A DNA stretch of 60,723 nucleotides, filler included, from Basidiobolus ranarum (taxonomy: Eukaryota): assembly GCA_040143965.1 (NCBI GenBank). It is 12 parts of 12 records of this genome, joined end to end, with 100 filler letters (N's around TTAATTAATTAA, not from the genome) between each part and the next. Parts side by side here need not be neighbours in the genome. Positions count along the whole stretch, not along the records: positions 20,316 to 25,287 come from JASJQH010001761.1; positions 25,388 to 30,357 come from JASJQH010001762.1; positions 30,458 to 35,425 come from JASJQH010001763.1; positions 35,526 to 40,490 come from JASJQH010001764.1; 8 more parts are not named here. One strand, 5' to 3'. Within the stretch, counting starts at the first letter, position 1. Every line of letters starts with the position of its first letter. Below the pieces are notes generated by a model, which saw only the letters and a program-made list of their open reading frames with translations, had not been told where the DNA came from and did not search any database. Shown here in pieces: positions 23,511 to 36,362 of the stretch. The position numbers and the translations under genes were made by a program.

Positions 23511-24540
23511 TTATTGTTGAACAACTTTACCCATGTACTCATGGGAAGTTTGCCGCTCTTCAACACCGACTTTGCTATCCACAAAAAAGTCAAGAAATAT
23601 TAGTCCGTGTTTTCTTCGACTCTCGCCCTTGACTAGTCTGATGTTAACAATGATTCCGTCGTTTGAACAGAAAACCGCAGCTTCTACTGGTAGTGACTGA
23701 CGGTATTGTGGAGATAGAAAGGAGAATTGAAAATCAGCAACTGCATTGTTAACTTTAACATTCTCGAATTTTTCCGTGATAGAATAAAGGTCGTCTGGAT
23801 CGATGTAATTCAGAAAAGACAGTCCTCGGCACTTCTCAGAATCCAAGCCAAGTAGAAACTCACAAGTTTGAGTGGCAAATTCAATGGTTAGTCGACGTGT
23901 GAATCGGTTTAATATCATACAGGCTGCAGGTTCTGGGCTAAATCTTGGATCTGTTCTACCCAAAGGTGTAGCCAGGTATGTGTGCCGCTGATGACTAGAA
24001 ATGCTCCTCTTGGTAATTTTCAAAGGAAGTTAGCGTTACTCGTATTTATATATTAAATGTAATATCAAATACCTGAGTAGCAACTATGCCATCCACTTGC
24101 TTTGTATATATCTGTTGCGACGTAGCGTAGCTTGCTTTTCGATAAATAAGAGCATAGAAGGAATTCGTTTAACTCAAGTAGAACGTAACCACATAAGAAA
24201 TGATATTACCTCTGATGCGAGGCTTCCCTTTGTCAGCACGTGTAGTAACTCCCACCACAATATCATAACACCGACCAGCAACTGACTCGATTGGAATTAA
24301 TCCTTCTGTTTTGTGTCGGATGTTTGTATACAAAACAGTTGCCATATTGTCCTCATCTCGAATATGCATACTAGCATCTTGTATTACGTTAAGAGTACTA
24401 CTATCAATAAGGGAGTAACCATTTCTTCCTCTCATCTCCTCTTGAGTGTATCCAGTTACATCTACAATACTCTCTGAGGTATACAATATTTTTGATTCAT
24501 CAGAAGTATCATATATAATAATACAGTTAATCTCCTGCAT
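23511..24540 (-). CDS. Tandem PAS-domain protein; probable join(24210..24540,24073..24134,23511..24008), about 296 aa
   Basis: ILYTSESIVDVTGY..EEM.G and IEFAT..CEFLLG....C.GLSFLNYIDPDD are PAS cores. The middle exon is inferred from phase-compatible GT/AAG sites and is less certain. Confidence 0.8.
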
Positions 24541-25287
24541 CTTTTGGGCCCAGACACTATTGAATGTGGTTTATAATGGTACTAAGGGTATGTGTAGAGA
24601 AACGCTTCACGATAGAGATAGGAATAACTTGTTCACACCGAATAATCTACATAATCATGGCCTTTTAAGAAAGCAATTTTCCAGGGCAATTTTACCTTTA
24701 TTGATGGTGATTTGACGTAAAACCAATTTACCTAATTGTATAAGCCCCATTAAGCCACTGCTTTCGTATATATTCCACAATCGGTTTGTCGTAGTTCGAC
24801 TACCAGATACGATTTGGTGATGTTAAAAAGGAGAACAAACACATTGTTTACTTGGATTAAGAAATGAGGCTGAGTTGACGTAGAGTGCAGATGACAAGAA
24901 TTAATAAATAAATAAATATCCCAATAAAAAATAAGTTCAGTGCAACTAGCTCGCAAGACGGGTTTTAGGCCTTGGTGCCTCAACTAGGTCATTGTGTTGA
25001 AACAATACATGCTAAAATGAGTTTGAGTATTCCATAGCAGGGGGATTGCTAGGTACATTGTAGTGACACTCCAGACAGAATTCGATTATTCGACTCCATC
25101 CGGTTCCGGATATAGATTGTTCGATCTTCATGCCAAGGAATGGTGGTTGAACCAATTAACGGACCAACAAATGGAGGCAGTATACTACCATTTGTTCTGT
25201 AGTGTCACAAGAGAACAGAGAAGAATATCTAGCCCTATTGGACTTACAAAGCTTAGGGTGTTTGGAAATGGTATGTTCATAATTACT

Positions 25288-25387
25288 NNNNNNNNNNNNN
25301 NNNNNNNNNNNNNNNNNNNNNNNNNNNNNNNTTAATTAATTAANNNNNNNNNNNNNNNNNNNNNNNNNNNNNNNNNNNNNNNNNNNN
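25288..25387. other. Artificial contig linker
   Basis: N44-TTAATTAATTAA-N44. Confidence 0.99.
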
Positions 25388-25504
25388 AATTTAGGTATAT
25401 TCTCTAATTCAATATCAGGTATAGAAGGAGGTATTTTCTTAATGTTAGCTCATGGAATAGTATCACCAGCTTTATTCATAATGGTAACTTTCCTTTATTA
25501 CAGA
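25388..25504 (+). pseudogene. nad4: Mitochondrial nad4 fragment (NUMT)
   Basis: Translates NLGIFSNSISGIEGGIFLMLAHGIVSPALFIMVTFLYYR, the ND4 AHG..S..LF..LY.R motif; AT-rich mitochondrial-style codons; abuts nuclear TE DNA. Confidence 0.85.
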
Positions 25505-25559
25505 AGAAGGAATATGTGAGGGAACTGGTGGAGCTGGCCAAACTCCTGCAATCATATTG

Positions 25560-26074
25560 TGTATGCTTATTGAGCTTTCTGCGAAATGCAACAGATCAAG
25601 CTTTTCAGTATCCAGAGTTAAAAGTATAGGAAAATGTAATTTCTGATGAGTTAACTTTACTAAAGGATATAGAACATGGGTTTGAAGTCCTCATCTATCA
25701 CAAAGAAAGCCAATTGGTTTTAAATAGGTTTACAGAGTCAAAAATCAAGCTGAAGGAACCACAGAAAGGTACATGGCAAGTGTAGTTGCAAAAGGTTAGT
25801 TCCAGACTCCAAGAGTTGATTTTGATAAAACACATACTCCAGTCTCTTAGTTTAGCTCCATTAGAACAATCCTGGCCCTCTCAGCAGTCCTTAACCTTCA
25901 TATACATCAAATGAATGAAAAATCAGCCTTTCTGAATGGAAATCTAGTAGAGAACTCTTTTTGAAGCAGCCAGCTGCATTTGTTGTCCTAATATACCCCG
26001 ACATGTTCTGTAGGCTGCCACAAATTGCTATATGGACTTAACCAAGCACACAGTGCATGGTACAGCAAGATAGA
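25560..26074 (+). mobile_element. Degenerate Copia RT fragment truncated by the adjacent element's LTR
   Basis: FQTPRVDFDKTYTPV, SIRTILAL, HQMNEKSAFLNGNL, AWYSKID. Confidence 0.85.
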
Positions 26075-26430
26075 TGTTGATCAGAGTGCTTAGAGGACTT
26101 GGAAGTGTTTTGGAAAAGATTTTGATTCGTGGACTGGATGCTGAAGTTTTCTTAAATACTATATCTGTTATTTATAGTTTACTTTGACATAGGACAATTG
26201 GACATGCTGTAATCATAAAAAGCATGCCAGTTCTGCATGGGTGAAAATTTGAGGTGACTTGGAGAAGTTTTGAGAAATTAGTTAAAATTGGTAAGAGTGA
26301 TCTAATTGATAGAAATATCAATTAGATCAATAAACACCTGTTTTTTGAATAACAGAATTGAGTGCCAAGTAATTATAATATGAATGAACTCACTATAAAA
26401 TAGTGAGTTACTATCTACCTGACTTCAACA
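26075..26430 (-). repeat. Copia family-C 3' LTR (356 bp)
   Basis: TGTTGA...TCAACA termini, preceded on the minus strand by purine tract GTGGGAA; homologous to 30458-30980, 41433-41784, 44069-44420. Confidence 0.9.
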
Positions 26431-29400
26431 TTCCCACTGAACTTATTATTTTATTTTTCTCTAAAAACTAACTTATATCTCAAAAATTCTATTTGTGCTT
26501 TACCTAAAGGCTTGCTTAAGACATCAGCAATAATTTCTTCAGTAGAGCAATGACAAGTTGTATTATATCAATCTCTTTTGCTTCTCTAACAAGACAATAC
26601 ATAACATCTATATGCTTTGTTCTAACATGAAATGCAGGGTTTTTAGTCAAGGAAATACTACTTTGTTAATCATCAAATATAATTTTTGTTTGTTTTTGCA
26701 TGTATGCCAAGTCTGTAAATTACTTCCCCAACCAAATAGCTTCTAGTGTAGTAGTAGAGGCAGCCATTTACTCTGCTTGTGTAGTAGAAAGTGCTATGAC
26801 TGGTTGCTTCTTACTATTCCAAGTTATGGCACCTTTATCACAAAGAAAAGTGTACCATGTTGTTGATCTTCTATCATCATGGTTCCTTCCCCAGTGTGCA
26901 TCACTATTGCCTTCAAAATTTTGTGCATCAGGAGTGACAGAGTATTGCAGTGCAAGAATAACAATTCCTCTCAAATACCTGAATATTACTTATACTTCAG
27001 TTTTGTGCAAATACTTAATTTTTGAGTTATTGGCTGATGGTTCCCACTGTCACAGCTATGTCTGGACATGTTCCAACCATTGTATAAATTAAACTACCCA
27101 CCATGGACTGATAAGGGAACTCCTGACTTTGATTTGAGTAATTTGGGTCAAATTGGATAAATTCTGATTAATTTCACATTGAATCCATTGGTATTGATGA
27201 AGGCTTGCTATTCCCCACATTGAAGCATTGAAGGATGTCTAGTATGCATCTACTGATTCAGCATGATATCTAATTGGGTTTATATCTCTTGATTTGGACA
27301 CCACAAAAATAACTTCATTCACCCATATCAGTCATCTGAAATTGATTTGATAAGCTGCTTTTGGTCTCACAGAGTACTTCTAGATCATTTGTGGCTATGA
27401 TCAAGTCATCTACTTATAGTGCCTAGAAAAGGATCTTATTTCTGGTTGCTTCAATGTAAATTCTGCAATCTGCCGTACAATTTTGGTATTCCAGTGATTC
27501 CAAATAGGTATCTATCTTGTAGTTCCATGCCATGGGTGCTTACTTGAGTCCATATGGCAACTTTTGCACTTTACCAACAACATCAGAGTGTTTGGGTCAA
27601 TAAATCCATCTGGTGACTCCACAGAGATTGCAACTTCTAGATTTTCAATCAGCAAGGCTTTTTTTACATCCAACATATGTAGAGCAAGGTTATGGAGACC
27701 TGAGAGTGCTGAGATTGTTCAAATGAGCTAAACTTGGCTACTGCAGCAAATGTTTCATTGAAACCAACTCCTGGGGTTTGGTATAATCTTTTGAAACTAA
27801 TCTTGCTTTGTACCTTTCTATGATCCCATAAGCTTAGTTTTTGACTTTGTAGACCCATTTGAAAACTATTGGCTCTCTTCCTAAAGCTTGAAAACTTAAA
27901 AACTGTGTTTGATTATCCTGAAGTGAAGAAAATGCATCAGAGATAGCTTGCTCCTATAATTTTGCTACTAGACACTTCAGAGCTTGATCTAGAGTCTGTG
28001 GCATGTCACAGATTGCTGCATAAGCATATACATTGTCATTGGCAGTGTCCCACCCTGGCCTATTTCTCCTACTGGACAATCTTAAATCATGCTTGGATGT
28101 AATTGGGACTGATATTTTGGCTGAATAGGGCTCAGATACCACTGGAGTCTTATCAGACACTTCCTGCACAATGCTGATTAAGTTTTTTAGATCAAGAACT
28201 GTAATTTAAGGTCAAAATTTGCTTTTTCATTAAAAATCAAATCTCTGCACTTTTGTAACTTCTGATTTTTGGTATTAAACAGTCTGTAGGCCTTAGATCC
28301 AGTGCAGTAACTATGATAAATGAATATTCTGCCTTTGGGTTCCAACTTAGAGTATTTTTGAGCTAGAACTAGACAATATACTTTGCAATCAAGGATACTG
28401 AGATGATCCATATAGGGCTTCAAATAGAGTAGAATTTTATAGCTATCTTATAGGGCATCAGTTTTTGATATAGACTGCGGGGGAGACAGATTCAGCCCAA
28501 TATTGCTAATTTAACTTTTGTTCATGTAACATTGATCTTGCCTTCAGCATTATGGTCCTATTAGCATGTTCTGCAACTATACTTTGCTGTATAATATAAT
28601 CTACACTAGTTTGTTGCTTAATTCCATGTTACAAACAAAAAGATGAAAAGTCTTGAGAGCAGTACTCTGCACCATTATACTTCTTATTATCCTTATTTTT
28701 TGTGCTGCTTCTTTCTCTGCCTTTTCTTTGTAGTGCTTGATTGTATAAAGGCATCAGATTTGGATATGAGAAAAATTTCCCAAGTACATCTTGTTATGTC
28801 ATCAATAAATATCATAAAGTACCTTTTCCCACCTAGTGGGACATTTTTCATGAGCCCACATAGATTGTAATGATTCACTGCAATAATCTGAGTGGATTTG
28901 CTCTCTTTGGAGCTAGAAACCAGCCATCTATGATGTTTTCTGTACATGCAACATTCACCCAGATCCAATTTAGTGATATTTTCAATCTGTTAGCCTGATA
29001 CAAGCTGAATTTGTATAATTTTTATTAGTTTTTGTTCCCAGATGTGCCCTATTCTTCTATGCCATGTTTGACAGTGTATTTCACAGGTTCTGGCTAAGTT
29101 TGCATGCTCAGAATGCAACTTGTTGATATCTAGCTTATATAAGTTTTGTGTTTTGATCCCAGTGGCTAAGTTAGTGTCATTCCGATCTGTGATAGTGCAT
29201 CCATCCTTGCTGAAAATGAAATTTAGTTCTTGAGTTGTTCTTGGCTTACTGAGAGTAGATTGTTAGCTATATTTGGTATATAGGGTTAGTCATCCAATTT
29301 TGCAGATGGTGTTGCTGAAGTTTGGTCTAAATTGAGCACAGCCATGCCCTTACCAACTGCATCTAGTGCATGCTCTTTATCTAGGCAGACTTTCCTTCTT

Positions 29401-30357
29401 TAGTTGGGTTTTAAGCTGGAATACCAATCTTTCATGTTTAGCAGCTGCTGGGAAGCTCCTGAATCAATGTACCATGTTTCTGCATCTTGTTTTATGGTTA
29501 CTGATAGGGCAGACCCAAATAAATGATCCCTATCAGTGCTTAATTGATATGCTTGCTCCAATTGCAGCCTTTTGGCAAAAATCCTTTTTCTGCAATCCTT
29601 GAATAAGTGGCCTGATTTCTTGCAATGCTTGCAGATGATTAATTTCCTATTGGGGGCACTATTATTGGAGCCTGTTGGACATTTTACAGCTCCGACCAAA
29701 ACCGGCTCGGCATTATTTTGCTGGGAACTAGATCTCCTTAATTGCTCATACAAAAACCCAGCACCAGCATATTCAATTGTTAATGTCTCTGATCTTGATT
29801 CTAGGGCAATTATGAGCTTCCCAAATTTGTCTGGCAGGATCCTAAGTAGGGTCATGACCAAGTCATTTTCATTTTGAGGTGCTCCAATGAATGAGAGCTT
29901 GTCTTGCATAGTTTTATCCAATTGAAAAAATTAAGCATAGCATCATCACAATTCCCTGAATTGAGAATAATTGATACCTATGATTTAGCTTATTAGCCAG
30001 ACTTTTTGTTTTGTGTAGTCCCTTAGGTATTTCCCCCACAATTCAGATGTTTTTGGCCAATTGTATATGTCTCAATTGATAGTGGCTGAGATGTAGACAA
30101 AGTATTGAGAGTGGTTTCCTCTGCTTCTTGTTAAAGGCCAGACTAGCATTTGGTGGTCCCTTTGAATCTGTTTCTTCTCCTGTAACAAGTCCCCAAAAGT
30201 CTTTGTCTTCTGGCACCATTTGCATCTTGTACTTCTTAAGATGAAAGTCTTTGCCATCAGACTTCTCTGATGATGCACAAACATTGATACTAGTACTGGC
30301 AGGCATCTCTTTAACAGCTAGCTTGGTTATGATAACCTGATAAATCTGTTTAAAGGA
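26075..30357 (-). mobile_element. Near full-length degenerate Ty1/Copia element (family C)
   Basis: 5' LTR end ..TTATCA at 30338 followed by PBS-like GGTTAT; gag from 30306; CCHC knuckle CKHCKKSGHLFKDC; protease WYIDSGAS; integrase FIDD; RT; RNase H; 3' LTR 26075-26430. Confidence 0.93.
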
Positions 30358-30457
30358 NNNNNNNNNNNNNNNNNNNNNNNNNNNNNNNNNNNNNNNNNNN
30401 NTTAATTAATTAANNNNNNNNNNNNNNNNNNNNNNNNNNNNNNNNNNNNNNNNNNNN
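30358..30457. other. Artificial contig linker
   Basis: N44-TTAATTAATTAA-N44. Confidence 0.99.
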
Positions 30458-30980
30458 ATAAAAGTGTTTACGGGATTTGGAAGTGTTTTGGACAAGATTT
30501 GGATCTGTGAATTAGACACTTAGGTTTTATTGAATTGAATATGTCCCATTTATAGTTTACTATGAAATAGGACTATTGGACGTGCTTAGATCATAACAAA
30601 TATGCCTGTCAAGCATGGGTGAAAATTTGAGGTGATTTGGAGAAGTTTTAAGAAAATAGTGAAAATTGGTAAAAGTGATCTAATTGATAGGACTTGTTCC
30701 ATTGTGCCAGGATTTATCGGACCTTGGATCAATATATTAGAGTAAATGTGATTGAAATTGATCATGCCAGAGGGTGATGGTTAGTGCCAAATTGTGCCAC
30801 ATAAATTTTAGAATACTTTATCCAATATGATATATACAGCACAATCTGGCACTATCACAGAGAACAAGTCCATATATCTATCAATGAGAGCAATAAACAC
30901 ACATGTTTGAATAACAGAATTGAGTGCTAAAAAATCAGAATATGAATAAACCCACTACTGGATATTGAGTAACTAACTAC
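30458..30980 (-). repeat. Copia family-C LTR interrupted by MITE
   Basis: Matches about 26080-26420 apart from the 182-bp insert. Confidence 0.85.
30690..30871. mobile_element. 182-bp MITE, perfect 10-bp TIR GGACTTGTTC/GAACAAGTCC, 3-bp TSD ATA
   Basis: Absent from other LTR copies (empty site near 26310); same length and homologous sequence as 18006-18187. Confidence 0.9.
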
Positions 30981-31009
30981 AAAATAATGAGTGGGCTATT
31001 TGTCTAATT

Positions 31010-34000
31010 TCAACAAGAAGATCTATTTCTCAGCAAAATAATGCAGATCAGGCATTTTTTGGAGCTGAAAGATATCCATCAGACTTCAATAAAGGTGTCC
31101 CTATTAGGAAATAAGGAAAACTCAGAAACATGGTACATTGATTCAGGAGCACAACAAAAAATATTGGTTTTCTAGCTTAAGACACATCCAAACAAGGAAA
31201 ATCTGCTTAGGCAATCACTGTGCACCTGATGCAGTTTGTAAGGGCTCAGTTGTGCACAATTTAGATCAATATTCAGCTGCACCATCTGCAAGAATATAGG
31301 AAGTACTTAATGTACCAAATAAAGCCAAGAATCTGCTCTCAGTAAATAAGCAACAAATCAAGGACTAAATTTTGTGTTCAGCAAGGCTGGATGCACTATT
31401 GCAGATCAGAATAACACCAAATTAGCTAGATAAGCTGTCAAACATAGCATAGAAAATTAGGCCCTATTGGGAAACAGAAGATGACCCAAATGATCCAAAA
31501 TCAGCTGGTTTTAGGCTTAGAAATTATAAATATTACTAATTTGGATCTGTGTGAAGGCTGTTTCATGGAAGATGTTACAGAGAGCCATTTTGAAGCTCTG
31601 GGGAGACCAAATCCATTCAGAATTCTGCCCTGATTCATGCTGACCAATTTAGGCCCATGAAAATGGTCATCCCAGGTGGCAAAATGTACTCTATGACCAG
31701 TATTGATGACAAACATTTATACTTGAATATTCTTTCTGAAGTCAAAATTTGAAGCCTTGGCTACATTGAAGCATTACAAAGCACTGGTGAGTAAAGAATC
31801 AGCAAAGAAAAAAGGTGTACAATGGAGTGATAATGGTAGAGAATACAACTCTAAAGACTTTGCTAGTATTTATATTAAACATAGAAATAAACAATGAGCT
31901 ACTGTACCTTATACTCTACAGAAAAATGGAGTTGTAGAATGTGACAACTGGACCATAGTGCAAATTGTTAGAACAATGTCACATGATCAATAGTTGGATT
32001 ACCAATATTGGGCTGAATCTGTCTCCACTGCGGTCTGTATCAACTATAGATGCCCAACAAGATTGCTACAAAATTCTGCTCGTTTTCCACACCTAAATCA
32101 AGCAGAATTAAGTGTTGATCATCTAACAATCCTAGGTTGCACAGCATATAGCCTAATTCCTGCTCAAAAATGCTCAAAATCGCAATCTCAAAGTAGATAA
32201 TGCATATTTCTTAGTTACAGTGATAGATCTATATATTACGGACTGTTTGATAATAAATGTCTATAGTTGATTACATGCAGAGATGAGATTTTTGATGTGT
32301 AAGCAAATTTTTAACCTTGAATTGCAGTTCTTGAACCACACAATGCAATCAGCACTATTCCAGAAGGGCCTGACAGAATTGCAGCTCTATCTGAGCTCAT
32401 TCTAAGCAAATATTTGGCCCAATCAAACAGAGAATGCTTCAGGACTTGGAAGATCTACTAGAAGGAGGAATAATCCAGGGAACTAATAGACCACTTCCAA
32501 TGATGATCACTATGCTTACACAGCATTCTGTGACAAGACACATACTCTAAATCAAGCTCTGGAGTGCTCAGAATCAAAATTATGGAAAAAAGCAATGTCT
32601 GATGAATTTTCTTCACTTCAGGATAATGAAACATTGGTTTTAAGTCCTTTACCATCAGGAACTTAGCCAACAGGTTAATAATGGGTCTACAAATTCAAAA
32701 ACCAAGCTAACGGAACTTTAGAGAGGTACCAAGCAAGATTAGTTCAAACATTGGTTTCAATGCTCTGCCATCTGGAAGAATGCCCATTAGTTGCAGATGG
32801 ATCCATCAAGTCAAAATTCAACCTGATGGTACCATAGAATGATACAAAGCAAGATTAGTTGAAAAAGGTTATTCCTGGACTCCAGGAGTTCCTTTTAATC
32901 AAGCCTTTGCTCCAGTAGCCATGTTTAGCTCCATTAGATCAATCCTGGTACTCTTAGCCATCTACAACCTTGATTTACATCGAATAGGTGTAAAAGCAGT
33001 TTCTGAATGGAAATCTAGAAGAACGGATCTATATGGAGCAACCTGATGGATTTGTTGACCCAAAACACCCTGACATGGTCTGTAAACTCGAAAATTGATA
33101 TATGTACTCAAGGAAGCACCCATGGCATGTTACAAAAAGATAGATATATATTTGGCTTCACTGGAATTCCAAATATGCACAGCAGATCACAGTAACTACA
33201 ACAGTACAACTGGAAATAGGATCCTAATCTTGGACCTATATGTGTTGGCTTGATCATAGCCACATGTGATTTATAAGCACTTAAATGGACAAAAAGCAGA
33301 TTATCAAATCAATTTCAGATAACTAATATGGGTGAATTAAGTTGTTTTCTAGGAATCTACATCAAAAGAGATAAAACCCATCAGAAACTCATGCTGAATC
33401 AGTCTAGATACATCCTAGAAATCTCAAAATGCATCAACATGGAGCATAGTAAGCCATATCAACAACAATGGATCCAAATGTGCAAACAATCAAAATTTCA
33501 TTGGATTTGGCCCAAAATTACTCAAATTAAAATAGGGGTTTTCTTAACAATCCATGGTGTGTAGTTTAATTCATGCAATTATAGGAACTTATTCAGTCAT
33601 TGCTGTGGCAGTAGGAACTCTCAGCCAATATCTCAAAAATTCAGGATACAAGCACAAAATGGCAGTTAAAGAATATCCAGGTATTTGAGAGGTACAGTAG
33701 ATCAAGTACAGCAATACTCTGCCACTCTTGATGCACAAAACTTTGAAGGCTACAGTGATGCAGACTGGGAAAAAACCCTGAAGATAAAAGACCAACACCA
33801 GGGTACACTTTTCTCTATTGTAATGAAGCCATAACCAAGAATAGTAAAAGCAATCAACAACAGCACTTTCTACCACAGAAGCAGATAATATGATGGCCTC
33901 TGCTACAACACAAGAAGCTATGTGATACAGGAAGTTATTTAATAACTTACAATACATGCAAAAACATGTGTTTATTGCTCTAATTGATAGAAACTTTCAA

Positions 34001-34133
34001 TTGGATCACTTTTACCAATTTTCACAATTTTCTCAAATCCTCTTCAGATCACCTCAAACTGTCACACATGATAACGGGCATGTATGTTATGATTTAAGCA
34101 CATTCAATAGTCCTATTTCATAGTCAACTATAG
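31010..34133 (+). mobile_element. Degenerate Copia (family C) protease-integrase-RT-RNase H with partial 3' LTR (33961-34133)
   Basis: WYIDSGA, YWAESVSTAV, YQARLV/YKARLV duplicated near 32630-32870, FLNGNLEE, GYSDADW, STTEA; many stops. Confidence 0.9.
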
Positions 34134-34899
34134 ATTTTTTGCATTGGACCAGGTTAGAGTGTGCTGCTTGATCTAGCCTGCTAAAACAGTATCTGGCAAT
34201 ATATGTCTGTTACCATGGCATGGTTCTATAACACTGGATTGGACACTAAAAGGAACCACATGGTACTATCCCATCACAATACAACACAAAAAAGTTTTTG
34301 GAGAAAATTTGCCAGCTGGTACCAAGTTACCCAATTGAGTATTGTCAAATTAACATTGTTTGTAACTGAAAATGCAAGTTCATCCTGAAGTACATAACTT
34401 ACCAATTGATGAATGTGTAGCAATAAACAATTTATACTTGAACTAACTCAATTAAATTTATAACCAAAATATTCACATGTTTTTAGGCCAATCATTTGTC
34501 TCTTACTTCTACAGTATTCTGATGTTCAATTGGGCCCAATGGCTCCTGAATTATGAAACACCTGTAGTTTTGGCACACTGGTGGTAAATCATCTCACTCA
34601 ATGATGGATCAATATGCAGTATGATAGTATAGATCAAGAGCAATTGATTCATCTTTTTTACATCAGCAAATTATTCATTCCATCATGTGAACTTCTTATT
34701 GGGTGAAAATATGAACACATTGGGCCATATCAGGCCATTGTTGCAGCATCAGCTTTTTGATTACAGTCATTTTTCATTTATTTGTAGTGAAATTGCTTGT
34801 ATCAATAGGCTATCATTGATATTTTTGGTATATGACAATTTAACATCATCAGTGTTTAATAAAGACATAAGCAATCATGATCCAACTTAAGCAATTTAT

Positions 34900-35425
34900 G
34901 GGTCAACTGGCCATTGCTGTTGGTGTTCAGTACAATGTGTTGACCCAGAATGTCTCACTTGAGGTTCACACTTGACAGTTATTGATTTTTTAATCATGGT
35001 AGAAGCTTCATCTTGTTTGACTGGCCATGGCCATGGTTGCATGGCAGTATATGTTGGAGTGAGTGATCTCCCTTGAGGTTTGTGTTTGGCAGTTCTTTGT
35101 TCTTCAAACATGGTAGAAGCTTCATCTCTTTCAACTGGCCTGTGCCACAGTTGTATGACAGTATGTGTTGGAGCAAGTTGTCTACCTTGTGGTTTACATT
35201 TGGTGATTATTGCTTCTTCAAGTGTAGTAGGAGCTTCATCTCTTTGGACTAGCCATTGCTGTGGTTGCATGGCAGTATTTATAAGAGTGAGTTGTCTACC
35301 TTGAGGTTTGTGATTGGCAGTTCTTGCCTCTTAAATGATGGTAGAAGCTTCATCTCTTTTGACTGGCCCTGGCCTCTGTCACATGGTGGTGCACATTGGC
35401 ACATGCTCTCTACCTTAAGGTTGGT
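34900..35425 (-). repeat. Tandem array of 114-bp (38-codon) units, about 4.5 copies, degenerate coding
   Basis: AG(A/G)AGCTTCATC recurs at 35001, 35115, 35229, 35343; the minus frame repeats PV.RDEAST..EE..T.K.KPQGR.L.PT. Confidence 0.9.
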
Positions 35426-35525
35426 NNNNNNNNNNNNNNNNNNNNNNNNNNNNNNNNNNNNNNNNNNNNTTAATTAATTAANNNNNNNNNNNNNNNNNNN
35501 NNNNNNNNNNNNNNNNNNNNNNNNN
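35426..35525. other. Artificial contig linker
   Basis: N44-TTAATTAATTAA-N44. Confidence 0.99.
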
Positions 35526-35663
35526 TAACTATTAAATAATGAACTGAATAGACTTCATAACTCTAAGGCCTTAAGAAAGACAGTTAATATTGCAGGTACT
35601 TATTATCTATGTATAGGTAAAATGTATCAAAGAAGGCTTTCAGAGGAGCTATACTGTCAATGT

Positions 35664-35915
35664 TGTTGAAATTAACATAGCCTAAACATCTTAGTATTTA
35701 GTCATTCCATATTGAACTAAGATATCACCACAATTCAAAATCCGAATTTTCTTAGAAGTTCGAAGATATCTAGACTTTTTCAAACTTGTTCTAGAGAACC
35801 CAAACTTTGCACACATGTTCCTGGGACCTTCCTTAGCACATTCTACATGTTTGTTTACCCTTGATAAAACTATAAATGTCAACTCTCCACTCAATAAATC
35901 ACCAAGTGAAAATCC
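35664..35915 (+). repeat. Copia family-B LTR, partial
   Basis: Starts TGTTGAAATTA; contains core AAACTTTGCACACATGTTCCTGGGACCTTCCTT. Confidence 0.8.
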
Positions 35916-36204
35916 AGGGGATAACAACTAAGGGATAATAACCAAAACAGTGAAATGTGACAGAAATGACTTGGTGCAAAAGATGATGAATTCTACTTTT
36001 TTCTTACCCGTGAGAAGAAAACCAAAGTTTTTGATTTAAGTAGGCAAACGAATTGTATATTATCGAAAGTCCAATACTAGAATACCTGGGATTGTATAGT
36101 GTTGTTTCCCGCTTATCTGAAATTTCACTAACCTCTGCTTTAAGTGCTACGTAAATTTGAATTATAGGACACTAAGTACGGTTTAGAATAAACAGTAATG
36201 TAGT

Positions 36205-36362
36205 CATTCAGATGTTGATTTCATAGAAACTGAGCGGGAATATTCACAGATCCTAGTTGGGATTCACCAAGAATTTCTCAAAGAACTTTGAGTCTAACTA
36301 CTCCCTACACAACTCCCGGTAGTGAAGGTGTAGATGTGTATGCCCTTGATACTGGTATCTAT
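36205..36362 (+). pseudogene. Subtilisin-like (S8A, proteinase K type) protease remnant
   Basis: HSDVDFIE (I9 prodomain end), then after a frameshift DPSWDSPRISQR....PY..PGSEGVDVYALDTGI (catalytic Asp motif); downstream His/Ser motifs not seen. Confidence 0.75.

Noticed and set aside
25063..25287. Open frame at contig end (TLQTEFDY...KEWWLNQL)
   Set aside because: No clear start or recognisable motif, and truncated; a call cannot be supported.
34900..35425. CRISPR-like array
   Set aside because: Whole 114-bp units are homologous with no unique spacers; eukaryotic context and no cas genes.
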